A stretch of DNA of 64,000 nucleotides from Octopus bimaculoides (GCF_001194135.2 NC_068983.1:31186369-31250368), one strand, 5' to 3'; shown: positions 38,392 to 52,928, counted from the first letter of the stretch. Notes: generated from the sequence alone by a model not told the origin. Translations and numbers: made by a program.

Positions 38392-41300
38392 TGGTTTAAC
38401 TCATTACGACGAAATTAGGCTGAACATTAGTCTCCAAATTCCTAGATACTAATATGAAATCATGGTACAACATTACGATATGCACGCAGACAGACAGGCA
38501 GACACACGCCAAACACACACACTCACACTCACATTCACACACTCACACACACACACTCACACACACATACACACACACACAAATACATACAGTCACTTTC
38601 ACTTGTACGTACATCAAAATCAAAATAAATAAAATATTTTCTTTTCTTCCGTTCTTATTGATGCACATCCTGCTTAAATGCTTTGTAAATTCTAATCCAA
38701 TAATTTAATCAATTTTCGGCTAAATATTAAAAATTATCAAGCTTAATTTATAAAGATACATTTGCTTTATTGTAGTAATGAAACTTTTACATGATAGTCA
38801 TTTGTTAAAAATCTACCTTATAATTTGTTGAGAAGAACATTTATTGCAAAAAGAGTTGCGTTTATTTTTTTTAGTTAATTGCTACACTCTTTTATTTAAT
38901 TCCCCCCTAACGCTTCGAAAGTTAATTTCTTTCTACAATTATTCTAGAATTATTTTCAAAAATGGCAAAACAGAAACAAATTGAGGAAGAAGAGAATCTT
39001 CACCTTTTTCTTCATACTGGATAATTGCAGTCGACCACATAAAAGGAGGAGCTCTGAAAAGCTATGGATTTCATAGATCAAGAGCATAAATGCAAAGGAA
39101 AAGCTGAAAAAAACAATTTTATCCGCTCGACCATTTTGATCAACCATATACGAACATTATGGAAGCAATAGCTACACCAATGAAAAGCTCTTATATAGTA
39201 GAGAAAGTTGCTCATTAATCAGTTCTAAAAGAAAGGAATTATGAAAGGCTAGACTGCCTGGAAAATTTTGATTAATTCCAGTCTTATATAGGATCTTAAT
39301 TTTTTTTTTTATTAAAACGCAGTTTTGAAACATCTTTTACTATTGAATATTTCAATTACATGCTTCAGCCACAAATGTCATTTAATGCGATATTTCAGTG
39401 TACTGCGGAGTAGCGTCTTTGAACCTCTGTTCGTACTTCTGGAAAATATACACTTTGCCTAAATATTTGCAACAATATTTTCTACAAATTTTAAGTTTAA
39501 TCCAGCGTCAACCCAATTACATTGGTTCCAGTATCTTTTCATATTTGTTCGGTGTTTTTGAAAAAATAGAAGGATGAATAGGAAAACTGGTTTTAATTTA
39601 CTTATGTCGATTGGGCATAACTACAGAAATGTATATTTTTAATGAAATTTTCTACAAATACCTTTCAGATGGTATAGATTACGGTTACATCTGCCTTTAA
39701 TGTGAAAAGGAAATGGGAAAGGGATATTTCACGCATATCAACTTCGTTTTCCTCATATATTTTGATGATTTCATTACAGTTATATTTAAAAATTACTTTT
39801 GAGAGTTATTTCATCTTTTTTCGAAAATTCTCTAAAAGAAATCTTTGCTGAAAGGAGAGTACAATGCTAGCACGGATGATTTAATACGTATTCCTTTCAT
39901 CATTTTATCGCAATCTTTGAGAGATTCTCAAAAGTGGTCCGTCCTCTACGAGGTCGTTTAGTATGCTAGAAATAACAGGCCCCACATGGGTCTCAAAAGA
40001 AATTTTTTCAGCATGATTGAATTAAATCAACGAAATACATGGAAACAAAGCCGAGATGCATGAAACATTTTGCTAGTTTACAAAAGGCAGTTGTCTTGAA
40101 CAACAAAGCCAATGCAATAAAGACGCCGAGAGTGCAAACATCACTTCGTCCCCTAGCACTAATGATATGGACGATAATATGTACAAAAGAATCGAGAAAG
40201 AAAATATGAACGAAAGAAATGTATAAACAAAGACAGCAAAGGAGTCAGTACTTCTTCGATAAGAAAGAAAAGCAATATTGTCAATAACAAATCAAATCTC
40301 CACCAAGTGATATCAAAAATTTACTGGAGATGTGACTGTTATCTAATGGACTATTAAAAACACGAATAAAGTGGGATGAAGTGACGTTACACTCATCTCA
40401 GACCTTGTCAAAGGCATATCCAAAAGAAACTCCAAATGGGGATCAACTTACAAAAACACATCTTTTAAGAGTCTCCAATGATTTCGAAAGTATCAACAAC
40501 AGAATGTGTTTGAATGACACATGACCATTAACCTGCTTGAAGGAGATATAGTACACACTACTATCTCATATCAAACGAGAATATGTAAGAGTAGAACAAA
40601 TTTCTGTAGTAGTGCAACACAAAATCTTTCATATTCTGAAAGAAAATAGTAAGTGATGGTGGAGCTGCATGTGCGTTGATGGTCACGTACACGTAATATT
40701 GTTATCATACTCAAACTCTGATTCACCAATTGCGCAGCTCAAAGGAATTATCGTGGAGATATGTGCAATATTGTTTTGTTGATATTTTAAATCATTTGCC
40801 TTTAGGCCTTGAAAGGATGAAAGAGATACTAAACATTTTGAACGAATATACAAATGTTGAAATTGTTTTGTTGTATGTTAATCCTAATGAGTCAGACTCT
40901 ATTTTGTATATCTGGGACTATAACGTCCAATATATCCTTCATTTTTCAAGATGGTGAAATATGATTTGAGGTTTCCTCGTTGGCTCGTACATGCAACTGA
41001 TTCTCACATAGCTTACATAAATTTGTTTGAGACAAAAGAAATTGGCTCAGAACTTCACAAAAAGTACTCAACTTTAATTTCACAAGAAATCAATGTAAAA
41101 AGAGAATTTCAAGTCAAACTAGCTCCGCTCTTTCTACACAAGACAATGTCTTTAAAATGATTCAATTTATTTCAACAATGCAAATTATATGCATTAAATA
41201 TGTTGTGGGAGAATACCAAAGTTCATAAAAATAATATGTACAAGGACTTAAAAATACCATGAGATGAAGAATAGCGGTTTTAAATCGCTTAAATTGGTAA

Positions 41301-41949
41301 AAACCATAAATTGACACGAAAATATTGCACACAATGACGATACCTGTAGAAACTGAGAATATGATAAGATGCTTCCGTGAGAATGAGAAAACAGTAAAAG
41401 GAACCAAAGCTTATGAAAATGTACAAACTAATCTTAAAGTAGTGTATAAACTGAAAAATGAAACGGCTTCAACGCATTGTAAAAGACGTTAATTAAAGTA
41501 ATATGTAATTTATTACAACCTGCGAAAGATAAAATGCTAAACGACCAATTTAAAACTATTTTTACGACCTTTCATATGTATATGCAAACAGATAGGCCAG
41601 GCGAGGTCTACATATCGACACATTATATAGAGAAGTAGCAAACATTTTCTTTTACATCGATGTAATAAAATATATAACAAATCTATCACAGAACAAAATA
41701 AGCCTGAACTACACAAGAGGACCTGAAAAATTCCCGATAACCAGCAAGAATCTTGCAAAATAATTTGACTAAACTACTTCAGCGTTTTTTTTTCTAGCCC
41801 TTTCTTAGAAGTTGTAAGCTCTTAACTGAAAATTAAATACATGAACGGTCTAAAAAACGGAAGCATTGCAGATGCTAAAAATAACAGACCTATTTTTATG
41901 AATTCACTATCAGTAAGGATAAGGAACAAATTATCACGGAAAAACCGAT

Positions 41950-43090
41950 TACTTACTCAGTGAAATGCAGCGCAGTTTCCTTTGAAGAAGGAGCATTTTC
42001 ACACTTTCTACTTCATTATGTTTTGATACTGAAATATCTGCTAAATGAGTCAAGCATAACTGTGTACATACTGGGATTTACGAAGGCTTTCGGCGAAGAT
42101 AATGCATGATATATAAGAAGCTACGTGATCTCAACATAGCTGGACAACTAGGAGTGACCGTATGGCGATTTAAGTGACACAGTTCATGATGCGAACAGCA
42201 CCCTTTAAAAGATGTCAGTTTCAATTGGAATGCACACCCAAGTAACTATTTTGAAATCTTATGTTATTACTGTGTCTAAAAGTTCTCTGTTATCCAAGTT
42301 ATAGAAGAGCTAGAATCTCTGTCTATGATGAAAATTCTAAAATACCAACACCTATAAAAATCAGGATCATTTTAAGAGACACTTCAGTGCCATACATGAA
42401 GGAATTGGTGAAAACAACGGGCAATTCAATGCTAAACATTCCCAGCATTCTCCATTATCAGTCATCTAATAGACTATTGTCTTCATAAGATGAATTTCAA
42501 ACCTGAGTTTTCAAACCTGAGATTTTAAACCTGAGATTGACCTGGGAATTATAACGATCAATGGCGCATAGTTTCCTGTGCATATATTAATATACTAGTA
42601 ACAACATGCAGCTAACTGGCAGAATGGATTTAGTAAAAACTTGACAAGAAAATAAATCACGTTGATCCTGTGGAAGATATATTCCCAGTCGTCTGGATTG
42701 TTACTCCTTATGGTTCCCACATAATGTCAGTGATCCTACTCCAGAAAGATTGCTTTTGTTCACCAGATGAAATTCTGGGAAAGAGTGAATGCATTAATAC
42801 TCCCTGAAAGGAAGAAGTAAACCATTTTTACATCTGAAATATTTCGGAAAGACTGGCTTCAAACTTTGGATTTGAACGCTATAAAAAACCTGAATTGGGC
42901 TTCAACTGTATGTTTAATCGTCTTCATCCTGACCAAGGACCAGATAATGTGATAAATTTAGGTTTGCAGAATTACCGTTCTTCAATATCCAACAAAACAA
43001 AGAACATACCTCGGATAGCTGTTAAAAACAAAATTCAAAAACCATTTTACCATTCTTCCGTAATACTGGATGAAACTGCATCATTACAAG
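41950..43090 (+). mobile_element. CR1/Jockey-group LINE RT and C-terminus, decayed
   Basis: In order: GFTKAF..KLRDLNIAGQLG, VYDENSKI (~YADDTKI), DLGII, AEWI, LILWK, RLDCYSLWFPHNV, FWER..YSLKGRR, LASNFG. Confidence 0.7.
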
Positions 43091-43106
43091 AGGTGTAAAT
43101 TTACCA

Positions 43107-43230
43107 CAACGATGTCAAACCCTTACATTCCTTAAATAACGCACACGACGAAGGTCACAAAGACATTCATGGCATTGCCTCATAACTAGCTGAAGCCAGT
43201 AGACAGGTCATACGCACACACACACAAACA

Positions 43231-43279
<49 letters not shown>

Positions 43280-43499
43280 TGTATCGGCGTTAAGCAGTGA
43301 TTAAAAATAAACAAACTATAGGTTAGCTAAAATATGTATGTAAAATATGTTTGTTAAAATATGTTTGTAAATGACGGCAACGATGTCAAACCCTTGCATT
43401 CCCTGAGTTACGCACACGACGAAGGTCACAAAAACATTCATGGTATTGCCTCACAACTAGCTGAAGCCAATCGACAGGTCAACACGCGCATGCGCGCAG

Positions 43500-43552
<53 letters not shown>

Positions 43553-43620
43553 GCAGCATCAGTGTTGAGCTGTGATTAGAAATAAACGAACTTTAGGGTA
43601 GTTAAAATATGTTTGTAACC
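43107..43620 (+). repeat. Tandem duplication of a ~270 bp unit containing (CA)n
   Basis: CAACGATGTCAAACCCTT..GAAGGTCACAAA..CTAGCTGAAGCC..(CA)n..AAATATGTTTGTAA starts at 43107 and 43378. Confidence 0.93.
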
Positions 43621-43730
43621 TATTTTACATTCTAAAGGCAAATACAATGCAGTTATCGCGGAGAAAGAAATTCTCTCTTATCGTAAAAGGTGTAAAAACA
43701 CGGTGTCTGCTCAATGCTTCTCCCTATCAG

Positions 43731-43873
43731 ATTCCCAGATGCGCGTTTCTGGCTTTTTAGCCTTCCTGAATAGATCGAAGAGAGATGATCTTGGGCAAAT
43801 TCGAAGCCGCAGCCGTAACTAAAAGACGATCATCATCAGTGACTGAGACGCGCTGTTGGACGGACGGGCCGAG
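43731..43873 (+). CDS. Candidate spliced exon carrying a start codon (unverified)
   Basis: CTTCTCCCTATCAG acceptor, GAG|GTAAAT donor, CpG-richer than its flanks; ATG at 43785 gives MILGKFEAAAVTKRRSSSVTETRCWTDGP. No recognisable homology. Confidence 0.28.
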
Positions 43874-44229
43874 GTAAATACAGGATCATCAGCGACAAAC
43901 AGTGATTACGAATAAACCTTGGCGTTGATGCTGCTATATTTATCCCGACTGAATTTGTTCTCCATGGTAACTGCATTGGATTCGCTTTTAGAAGGTAAAA
44001 TAGGCTACAAACATCTTAAAATAAAGATACACACACGTGTGTGTGTGTTTCTGTGTGTACATTATATATATATATAATGGACTTTCCCGTCGAAGACGTC
44101 GTATGAGAGGTTAACATTTTTGACGAACCACCTGCACAAATAATTTGTTTGCAGTGATAAAATGTATGTGCTGTATATTAGCTTAATTTCTCCATGAAAT
44201 CGACGTTGCCGAAATAGGTGCACGGGGTG

Positions 44230-44365
44230 CCACGCGTCACGTGTCGAAGTCACCGCAGAGCAACCTGAGAAGTGTTTTGCTCAAGAACATAACGCACCAC
44301 TCGGTCTAGAAATTAAACCCACGATCTCACGATCGTGAGTGTAACTCCTTAACTACTGTGGCATG
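44230..44365 (-). mobile_element. tRNA-derived SINE, diverged
   Basis: Reverse complement has a head ..CAGTAGTTAAGGAG..ATCGTGGGTTTAATTTC and TGTTCTTGAGCAAAACACTT. Confidence 0.5.
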
Positions 44366-44401
44366 CACCCTCACTAATAATAATATATACATATATATAT
44401 G

Positions 44402-44463
<62 letters not shown>

Positions 44464-44464
44464 C

Positions 44465-44514
<50 letters not shown>

Positions 44515-44532
44515 TATATGTATGTATATGTA

Positions 44533-45162
44533 ATCGACTACAACATAAGCCGAGGAAAAGGTATAAAGACTGTGCGAAGGAAAACCTATAGAAACTAGAT
44601 ATGAACAAAAGTGATTGTGAAAATGATGTTCTAGATCGGAACAAGTGGAGAGGTGCTGTTCGGACTGGTTGCAATTCCTGGCCGGAAAAGATGGTTCAGC
44701 ATTTCGAACTTAAAAGAGCCTGCCGCAAAGGAACAATTGGAACTGTAATCGACAGTGAACATTGGATATGTATCATATGTGACCGTGTTCTGTTGTCACA
44801 AGCAGGATACGTGAATCATATGAAGTCATCTGAAAATCGTAATGCCCAGATAGGTAAATGGTCATAGACACCAACCACTTCTTACGACTTGTGTCATATG
44901 TAAAAAAACTTGAAAAACAAATTCTGGATTTAAAAGACATGCTAGTTCACAAAAACATTCCTCCAGAATCAGATTCCAAAAGGCAAAGATATGGAAGAAA
45001 CTTGAACAATATCAGCCACTTGTGTTTTAAACCCTGTCAGTCAGCAACTGGTCTTAAAAGTAATCTAAGGGCTCGTCAATGAATTGATTGCGTGCGTGCT
45101 GGCGTGTGGTGTGTGCGTTGATGGGACGGCTATCATCTGTCAAGATGAAGCAATCATCATAT
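44533..45162 (+). mobile_element. RTE-clade LINE 3' fragment with three C-terminal C2H2-type fingers
   Basis: KPRKRYKDCAKENL..DRNKWRGAV..ELKRACRK; CIICDRVLLSQAGYVNH; CVICKKT*KTNSGFKRH; SHLCFKPCQSATGLKSNLR; then a short 3' tail. Confidence 0.85.
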
Positions 45163-46299
45163 GTATGCCTATATATATACGTATGCATACACACATCCAC
45201 GCGTGTGCTAGTGTATGTATATATGTATGTGTGTGTGCAAGTGAATATGTCTGTACTTGAGTGTGGATGGGCCTAACTGCGTAAGTGTGGATGATGTTTG
45301 TATTTCGTATTTATCAACTACTTGTAAGAATATTCCTTCCTCGAATCTACAAATCCCGATGAAGTTGTAAAGGTGCCGTCGTGACATGCGGTGTGTCATC
45401 GGAATCTAAACCAAGTAGAGCCCATCTCCAACAGTAGCGAATTACAGAAAGAAAGAGACAAGAAGAATCAGTTCCATTATTGTAATAATACTCCAGTAAT
45501 TGGTTAACGTGCAGTTTACCGTCGTATAAAACTGAAAGTAAATTGTCCTAAAAACCGGAAGTACCGACAATAATATACTGACATTAATATACTAACAATA
45601 ATATACTAACAATAATATACTAATACTTTGGCCCATAAGGCATCTTGTTAGGACCACGTCTGATATCCAAGGGGGCTTTATATGTGTCTCTCGACAACTT
45701 CTATACTCACTTTGACAGTGTTCATACTCAATCTACAGAAGGATGATGGATTCTCGCGTAGAAGAAAGTTAGGCGATTATATGGGACTAGTGAAGGTAAA
45801 TTGTCCGTCATCACTTCTCGCCTTTAATTGACAGTTTACTTTCACTTTTTTTTACGACGTTAAATTGCATGTTAACCCAGTAATTGACCCCGATGTGATG
45901 AAAGGCAAATCTGACTTTGGTGTGATTTGAACTCAGAACACAAAGATAGAATTCAACAGTTCTCTATGACTCACTAATGACTTTGTAAGTTACGGTAATC
46001 GAACACTACAGTAATCGAGAGTTTATGAAGTATTGTTGGGAACGTGTGAGGCAGCTGCTTATGTAAACAATATCTTCGTGCAGTCCCTTGCGTATTTCTA
46101 GCTTTTGTTTTCATATTATTAGGCTGTTCTATCTTGTAAAGATTTCTTTAATCTTAATTGTATTCACATGGGGAAAACAAGTTCTTCACGGGCAGACGTT
46201 AGCTTTAGTGTATTTCTTGCGTATAAATGTGTATGTTCTGTGTGTGAGAGAGTCTGTGGGAGATATTTCATGTCCTTAATGTTGTGTTTCTATGGCTTG

Positions 46300-46709
46300 T
46301 GTTCGTACTTTCGTGAGAATGTCTTGCAATTCTGTATGCGAATATTAAGAGCGTAACGTGTAAATTTTTGTGTTTGTAAACATTTCATACACTTCGATTA
46401 ATGTGTGTTGCTTCAGAGTGTGTATACATATGTGCGCATACACTTCCGTATTAGTGTATGCGTATACATGTGAAAAATTGTATATTTGTATGCATGTGTT
46501 TAATTGTTATATATTAAGTTTTAAGTTTGTGTTTGTGTATGTTTCGATGTCTATTTATATATATACGCGTGATAATGTGTTTCACGAGGCTGAGTGTATA
46601 TGTGTGCGTGTGTGTTGTATATGCATAAATGCGTTCCGTATCTATGTTTCTGTGTGTTTCGATATTTCTCAGCGTGATTAAATATCTAAGTATGTGTATG
46701 AATGTGTAT

Positions 46710-46748
<39 letters not shown>

Positions 46749-48056
46749 TATGTGCATGTATGTGTGTTTATATATGTGTGTAAAAGTGTCAATGGCTGGG
46801 AACCGCTAACGTGCTTAACAACATGTGGTCATATATTTTTTTAATAATATGTTCAATACGGGTATGTGAGAATATTTTAGTGTGGTTACATGTAAGTGTA
46901 CGTGCAAGATATTTTGCGAGTTGATAAGTCATTTTGTACATATACATACATGAATTTCTATGTGTATTTTATGCAAGCACGAATGTTTGTAAAGGCGTGC
47001 TTCTGCGTAACAAACAGTTTCTGTGTATGTCCACGTATGAGAATGAATGTTCGCACTCCTGTTTCTGTATTCTTCTGTTTCTTTCACTCTTTCTTTATGT
47101 GTGTATATATGTGTGAGTGTGTATGTGTGTCTGTTTCCGTGCATGTGTGTATGCGTGCGCGCGTATCTTGTTCTTCAGTGAGAAAACTCCATTAGCATGT
47201 TTTATGCTTTTGTAATCAGCTCAGGGATTGTTTTAAAGAAACACGAAAACATGATATTCAAAGCAGCTAGCTTTGCCGTTGTTTCATTTATAGGTGGAAA
47301 CCAAATTATGATAAATTAGTTCTTAGATATCTTTAACGGCGTTCTTTTCTTTTCAATGTAATTCACACTGCTAGTTTTTGTTTTTGTTTTTTTCCCGTTG
47401 TGTGATGCGCTCGCCATGCCTATCTGTAACTTATTAGGCATAGAGATAGATAGAAAAGAGATAAAGAGGAAGGGCGAGACCTAAGAATGATTATTGGAAC
47501 AAGTTTTTAGTTTTTTTTTTATTACCCATTTTGCTTTCTTTTATTGTTTATATCTTATCTAACGTCTGTTTGGAATCACTCATTCAAATTTTTTATGTGT
47601 AATTATTTCTTTAATGTTTGTCCCTTCTCTTAAATGAAGTTCTATGGTATGTCGTCTGCTCTTTTCGATTTTTTTTTCTTACATTTAGATTTTTATTATT
47701 TATATATGTGTTTATTGTGATGTAATGGCGCCGGAGATATTAAAGCAAAATTAAATCTCATCAGCAAAACCTAGCAGACTGGACACGGAATTTATTCATA
47801 TGTGCAAAGTGGTGCTCAAGCGGTAAGTTGTCAATCGCTAAAAACTCTTCTGATACGTATACATATACACACACACATCATACATACATACATACATACA
47901 TACATACATACATGCATACATACAACATATATACATACATATGCTCACACACATGCAAAGACGCATACATGCATACATACACACACATACACACGCATAA
48001 GTGTATGTGTGTGTGTATGCTTGTACGTATGCATGAATGTGTATGTACACATGTAC

Positions 48057-48087
<31 letters not shown>

Positions 48088-48115
48088 TGTATGTATGTAT
48101 GCATGTGTGTGTATG

Positions 48116-48146
<31 letters not shown>

Positions 48147-48728
48147 GTATGTATGTACGTTTGTATATCTGTATGTATGATGTGTGCACGTGTGTATGCA
48201 TGTATGTGTATGTATACATGTATGTACGTGTATGTGTGTGTGTGTTTGATGTATGTCTATTGCTTTTTTTTCTTTTTCTCTATTTTTCATGAAAACCTTT
48301 CATTCATTTACCCATCTCACTCTCTGTAGCTTTTTTTCACCCGAATACCACACAGACACAAAGATGATGACACGCATACATGTAGATTACCGGGTATACG
48401 AACACTTACACCCACAAAGATATCCAAACAGGCAGACATACTCAAACACAAAACATAATAAACATATACATACCACAAACACACTTACACACACACATAA
48501 CATACAGATATACAGATGAACAAGCTCTCAAACATACCCAGCAACACGTGAATACAGTCACACATATAAATACATATGCATACACAGCAAACAGTACACA
48601 CACACAACCACACACACGCACACACATATACGAGCGCGCGCACACTAGATATAGTAAACATACACAGGACACGCGCATGCACTCGTACACACTATAAATT
48701 TGTATATACATCTTCTTGCACATATACA

Positions 48729-48776
<48 letters not shown>

Positions 48777-49300
48777 NNNNNNNNNNNNNNNNNNNNNNNN
48801 NNNNNNNNNNNNNNNNNNNNNNNNNNNNNNNNNNNNNNNNNNNNNNNNNNNNNNNNNNNNNNNNNNNNNNNNNNNNNNNNNNNNNNNNNNNNNNNNNNNN
48901 NNNNNNNNNNNNNNNNNNNNNNNNNNNNNNNNNNNNNNNNNNNNNNNNNNNNNNNNNNNNNNNNNNNNNNNNNNNNNNNNNNNNNNNNNNNNNNNNNNNN
49001 NNNNNNNNNNNNNNNNNNNNNNNNNNNNNNNNNNNNNNNNNNNNNNNNNNNNNNNNNNNNNNNNNNNNNNNNNNNNNNNNNNNNNNNNNNNNNNNNNNNN
49101 NNNNNNNNNNNNNNNNNNNNNNNNNNNNNNNNNNNNNNNNNNNNNNNNNNNNNNNNNNNNNNNNNNNNNNNNNNNNNNNNNNNNNNNNNNNNNNNNNNNN
49201 NNNNNNNNNNNNNNNNNNNNNNNNNNNNNNNNNNNNNNNNNNNNNNNNNNNNNNNNNNNNNNNNNNNNNNNNNNNNNNNNNNNNNNNNNNNNNNNNNNNN

Positions 49301-49340
<40 letters not shown>

Positions 49341-50059
49341 TGACATTCACATGCATACACACCAGACAATATCTGCAGACTCACTGCTACTGACGGATTG
49401 CTTTACTCGGAGACAGTTTGAAAGAAACCGAAAACAAAACAGGAAAACCAAAACATCATTACCGCCACCATCATCAACCACACAACAACAGCAGCAACAA
49501 TGCTAATAGTAGAAACAATAACTATAACAATAATAAATATATAAATAATTGATTGAAAGTAAAAAAATGTTAATAGCAAATAATATTGTAAATAATAATC
49601 TAACAAAAAAGAAAACAAAAACAGCAGACGAAAGTTAAAAATACCCAACAAAAATACTGGTTTCGATAAAATGATGTTAATGATGATTCTTCATTAGTAA
49701 CGAACTAACCCGAACTGGCGAACTGGTCGTTCATTGAATACGCATACGCGCACGCGCACACATAAATATACACACTCACACACACATACAAGCGCACAGA
49801 CACACTCACGCACGCTCACTCAAACACACGGAGACAGACACACGCACACACACAGACACAGACATAAACACACACACACTTACACACACACATATTCACA
49901 CATAAAATAAGCTCATGCTACACTCTAATCTTTTCTGTCTGTGTCACACTATCATAGACACACATCATCGCAGATAGATGCACTGATACACGTGAGTAAA
50001 GACGTTTCACTTTTTTCTTCTCTCTTTTTCTTCCTCTATCTTTTCTCTCTTTCTTTTTC

Positions 50060-50112
<53 letters not shown>

Positions 50113-50222
50113 TTCGCTCCCTCTCGCTTCTCTTTACAGAAATGATGATATAACTTTCGTGATCCTTATACATACACATATATGTACGTACAGACATTAA
50201 CTTATCCATCAGTACAAAGAAC

Positions 50223-50283
<61 letters not shown>

Positions 50284-50315
50284 TACATACATACATACAG
50301 ACATACATACATAAA

Positions 50316-50346
<31 letters not shown>

Positions 50347-50620
50347 GTATGCATGTATGTATGCACACATGCATTTATGTACGTATGTGATAGACACATA
50401 TGCGATCGTACACACAAACATACATGCTTTGATGCACATAAACGCATGATTATTGAGACTTGTGTATTTATAATGCGCTTGCTCTCTTGATGTGAGTTTG
50501 TGTGTATGTGTGTGTGAGAGAGCGAGAGAGAAAGTGTGTGTGTTAGCTTGTACATGTGTGTGTACGTGTGTATGCATTTGTGCCTTTGTGTCTGTGTGTA
50601 TGTATACCTATGAAAAAGAT
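46300..50620. repeat. Microsatellite-dominated domain (TG, TA, TACA/TATG, CT) with a 523 bp gap
   Basis: Directly visible; source of the CV/HT/YI ORF artefacts. Confidence 0.95.
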
Positions 50621-52733
50621 TTGTATACTTTCAATAAGCTAAGTAAAACCCATACTTATTTGAATATATCTTCTTATGGAAACATTTCTGGTGTTTTTTT
50701 TTTATTTCCCTAAATATGCATTGATGCTCGCTTATGCATATAAATGCCTTCACGCATACACGCACTCATACATGCACGTGCCCGAGCGTGAACACACACG
50801 CCACACATAAACAAACAAACCAACAACATTTAAATATGCGTGAGAGTGTATGTGGTGGATATTCTGATTTATGTAGCTGTATATTTTCAACGTGATTGTT
50901 ACCATTAATTCATAATTACATAGCAATAGAGAAATAGCAAGAACTATGTTTGATATTGTTGTTGTCATAATGATGATGAGATAATAGGAGCGAAAGGGAA
51001 CGAAGAATAAAATGAGACGATGATGGTGCTATTGTTGTTGATGATGATGATGATGATGATGATGATGAGGGGGGGGGGTGTAACATCAGAAGCAGGAGCA
51101 GGAGCAGGACGATGGTTTATTGATTTATCACAGCATATAGTGTAATGCTATGTTTCTGCCAAATGAAGAAATTATTTTGCTGTTATTCTTATTCTTGTTG
51201 TATTTAGTTATTGCTACTGCTTTTGTTGTCTACGTTCTTCTCCGCCTTAGACTTTCTTTTTGATGCTGTGTTTCTTCTTCACCGTCTTATTATTATTATT
51301 ATTTTTTATTATTGGAATATGAGACATCATAGATTGCCGAGCTCACACAGTTCAGGTTAAATACCAGCCTCAAACTGGGTAGCTAAATCACCTGCATCTC
51401 TTCCCTCTAAATTGATTACCTTTTAACAGAAATTTCTCGGAGCTGAAACCTCAGCCATACCTACTATAACTTTTATTCTAATTATTCATGTTGATGTCGT
51501 TTAGTTCCAGATCAACTCTGATGGAGCACAACTAAGATCAAAGGGCTTTCACTAGAAATCATCGCGTCTTTTTCTATAACGAACTATACACTGTCCTATA
51601 GTTAGGCCGGCATCGTATTTTGAGGGAGATTTAGTTGATCGAGCGACAGCGTAGAGACTCTATTGTAGGCATGTATGAATACTTACTCTGCTCAATCAGA
51701 TTTCTCAAATCTTCCATGTCCTGTCCCCCAAAATGTGTGGCATTGTATCAAAGTTAGAAAGCATATTTGTTACCATGATGTGTCCTCTAACAGTTTCAGC
51801 GATGAGCATTCAGCTGTCGATAAGAGTAATTCTCCGGCTGAATTTGAGTGATGGAATATGTGACAAGGCTACTACACTTCTAAATCACTGCTACACTCCA
51901 TTTCACAGGCTTCGACGCAGTTTCGGCCCACATAGCTTCATTCACAAGGCAAGACAGTGGAATCGAACTATTATGATTGCGAAGTGAACTTAACTATTAT
52001 ACTATGCATGTGTTCACATTTCTTATTTATTGTTATTTGGACCGGCAAGAGCAGCAGAGTGTCGGGCCGGATGTCCTATTTAGCATTGCTTAACGATACG
52101 CCTCGAAGTACTTAGCAGTAATTGGACTGATAAGAGAATCGTTAAAGTTTCAGACAAAAAACTTCCGGTATTTAGCAATGACTCATCACGTCTTGAGATC
52201 GAATCTTTCCGAAGTCAACTTTGCTTAATAAGATAAAGTACCAGTCAAGTACTGGATAATTCAATATTTTCGTTAGGCATCCTTGGTTTGAATATAGTCT
52301 TCATGGAACGGAGTTGGCAGTGGTTAACGCTGTTCAGGGATCGATAAAATAAGTAGCAGTAGTAGAGGGTTTGCGTTAATTGACTATACTACTTCCCTAA
52401 CAGCTACAGACTTGTGTCCGGCAAAAATGGTTCGAACGAATGGACACATAGATTGGCCGATGATTCGCGCCTTCTGTGACCAGGATAATCTTGGATCTGT
52501 AGGTTTCCTTGATCAGCTCTAGTTGGAGGTTCTCATGTATCGGGTGAACTACATTATTTATGTGCCCGCGTACTTTGTATACAATGTTTTCTTTTTTTTT
52601 CTTTATCTCATTTCACCATTTTTCCTTTTCTTTTCCCTCGTCCCCAACACTAATTGTAAATTGCCCTTACACTGTACTCCTATATGGTTCTATGACAAAT
52701 AAAAGAATCGTCATCATCATCATCATCATTATT

Positions 52734-52928
52734 AAGGCGGCGAGCTGGCAGAATCGTTGGCACTCCGGGCAATATGCTTAGCGGCATTTCGTCCGTCTTC
52801 ATGTTCTGAGTTCAAATTCCGCCAGGGTCGAATTTGTCTTTCATCCTTTAAAGGTCGATAAAAAGTACTAATTGAGTACTAGGCTCGATGTAATCGACTG
52901 TCCCCTCCCCCAAATTTCAGGTCTTGCA
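52734..52928 (+). mobile_element. tRNA-derived SINE, near full length
   Basis: AAGGCGGCGAGC head, box A TGGCAGAATCG (52746-52756), box B GAGTTCAAATTCC (52808-52820). Confidence 0.9.

Noticed and set aside
42497-42540. 14 bp x3 repeat (also 45568-45625) as a CRISPR-like or binding-site array
   Set aside because: Contiguous units without spacers; ordinary slippage in eukaryotic DNA.
42895-43098. SVILDET resembling a hAT catalytic motif
   Set aside because: It lies within a collinear CR1-like LINE 3' region that explains the sequence better.
51733-51987. 84 aa ORF ending SFIHKARQWNR
   Set aside because: Resembles a LINE ORF2 C-terminus (SFIPRxxRLWN) but is too decayed to assign; not a host gene.
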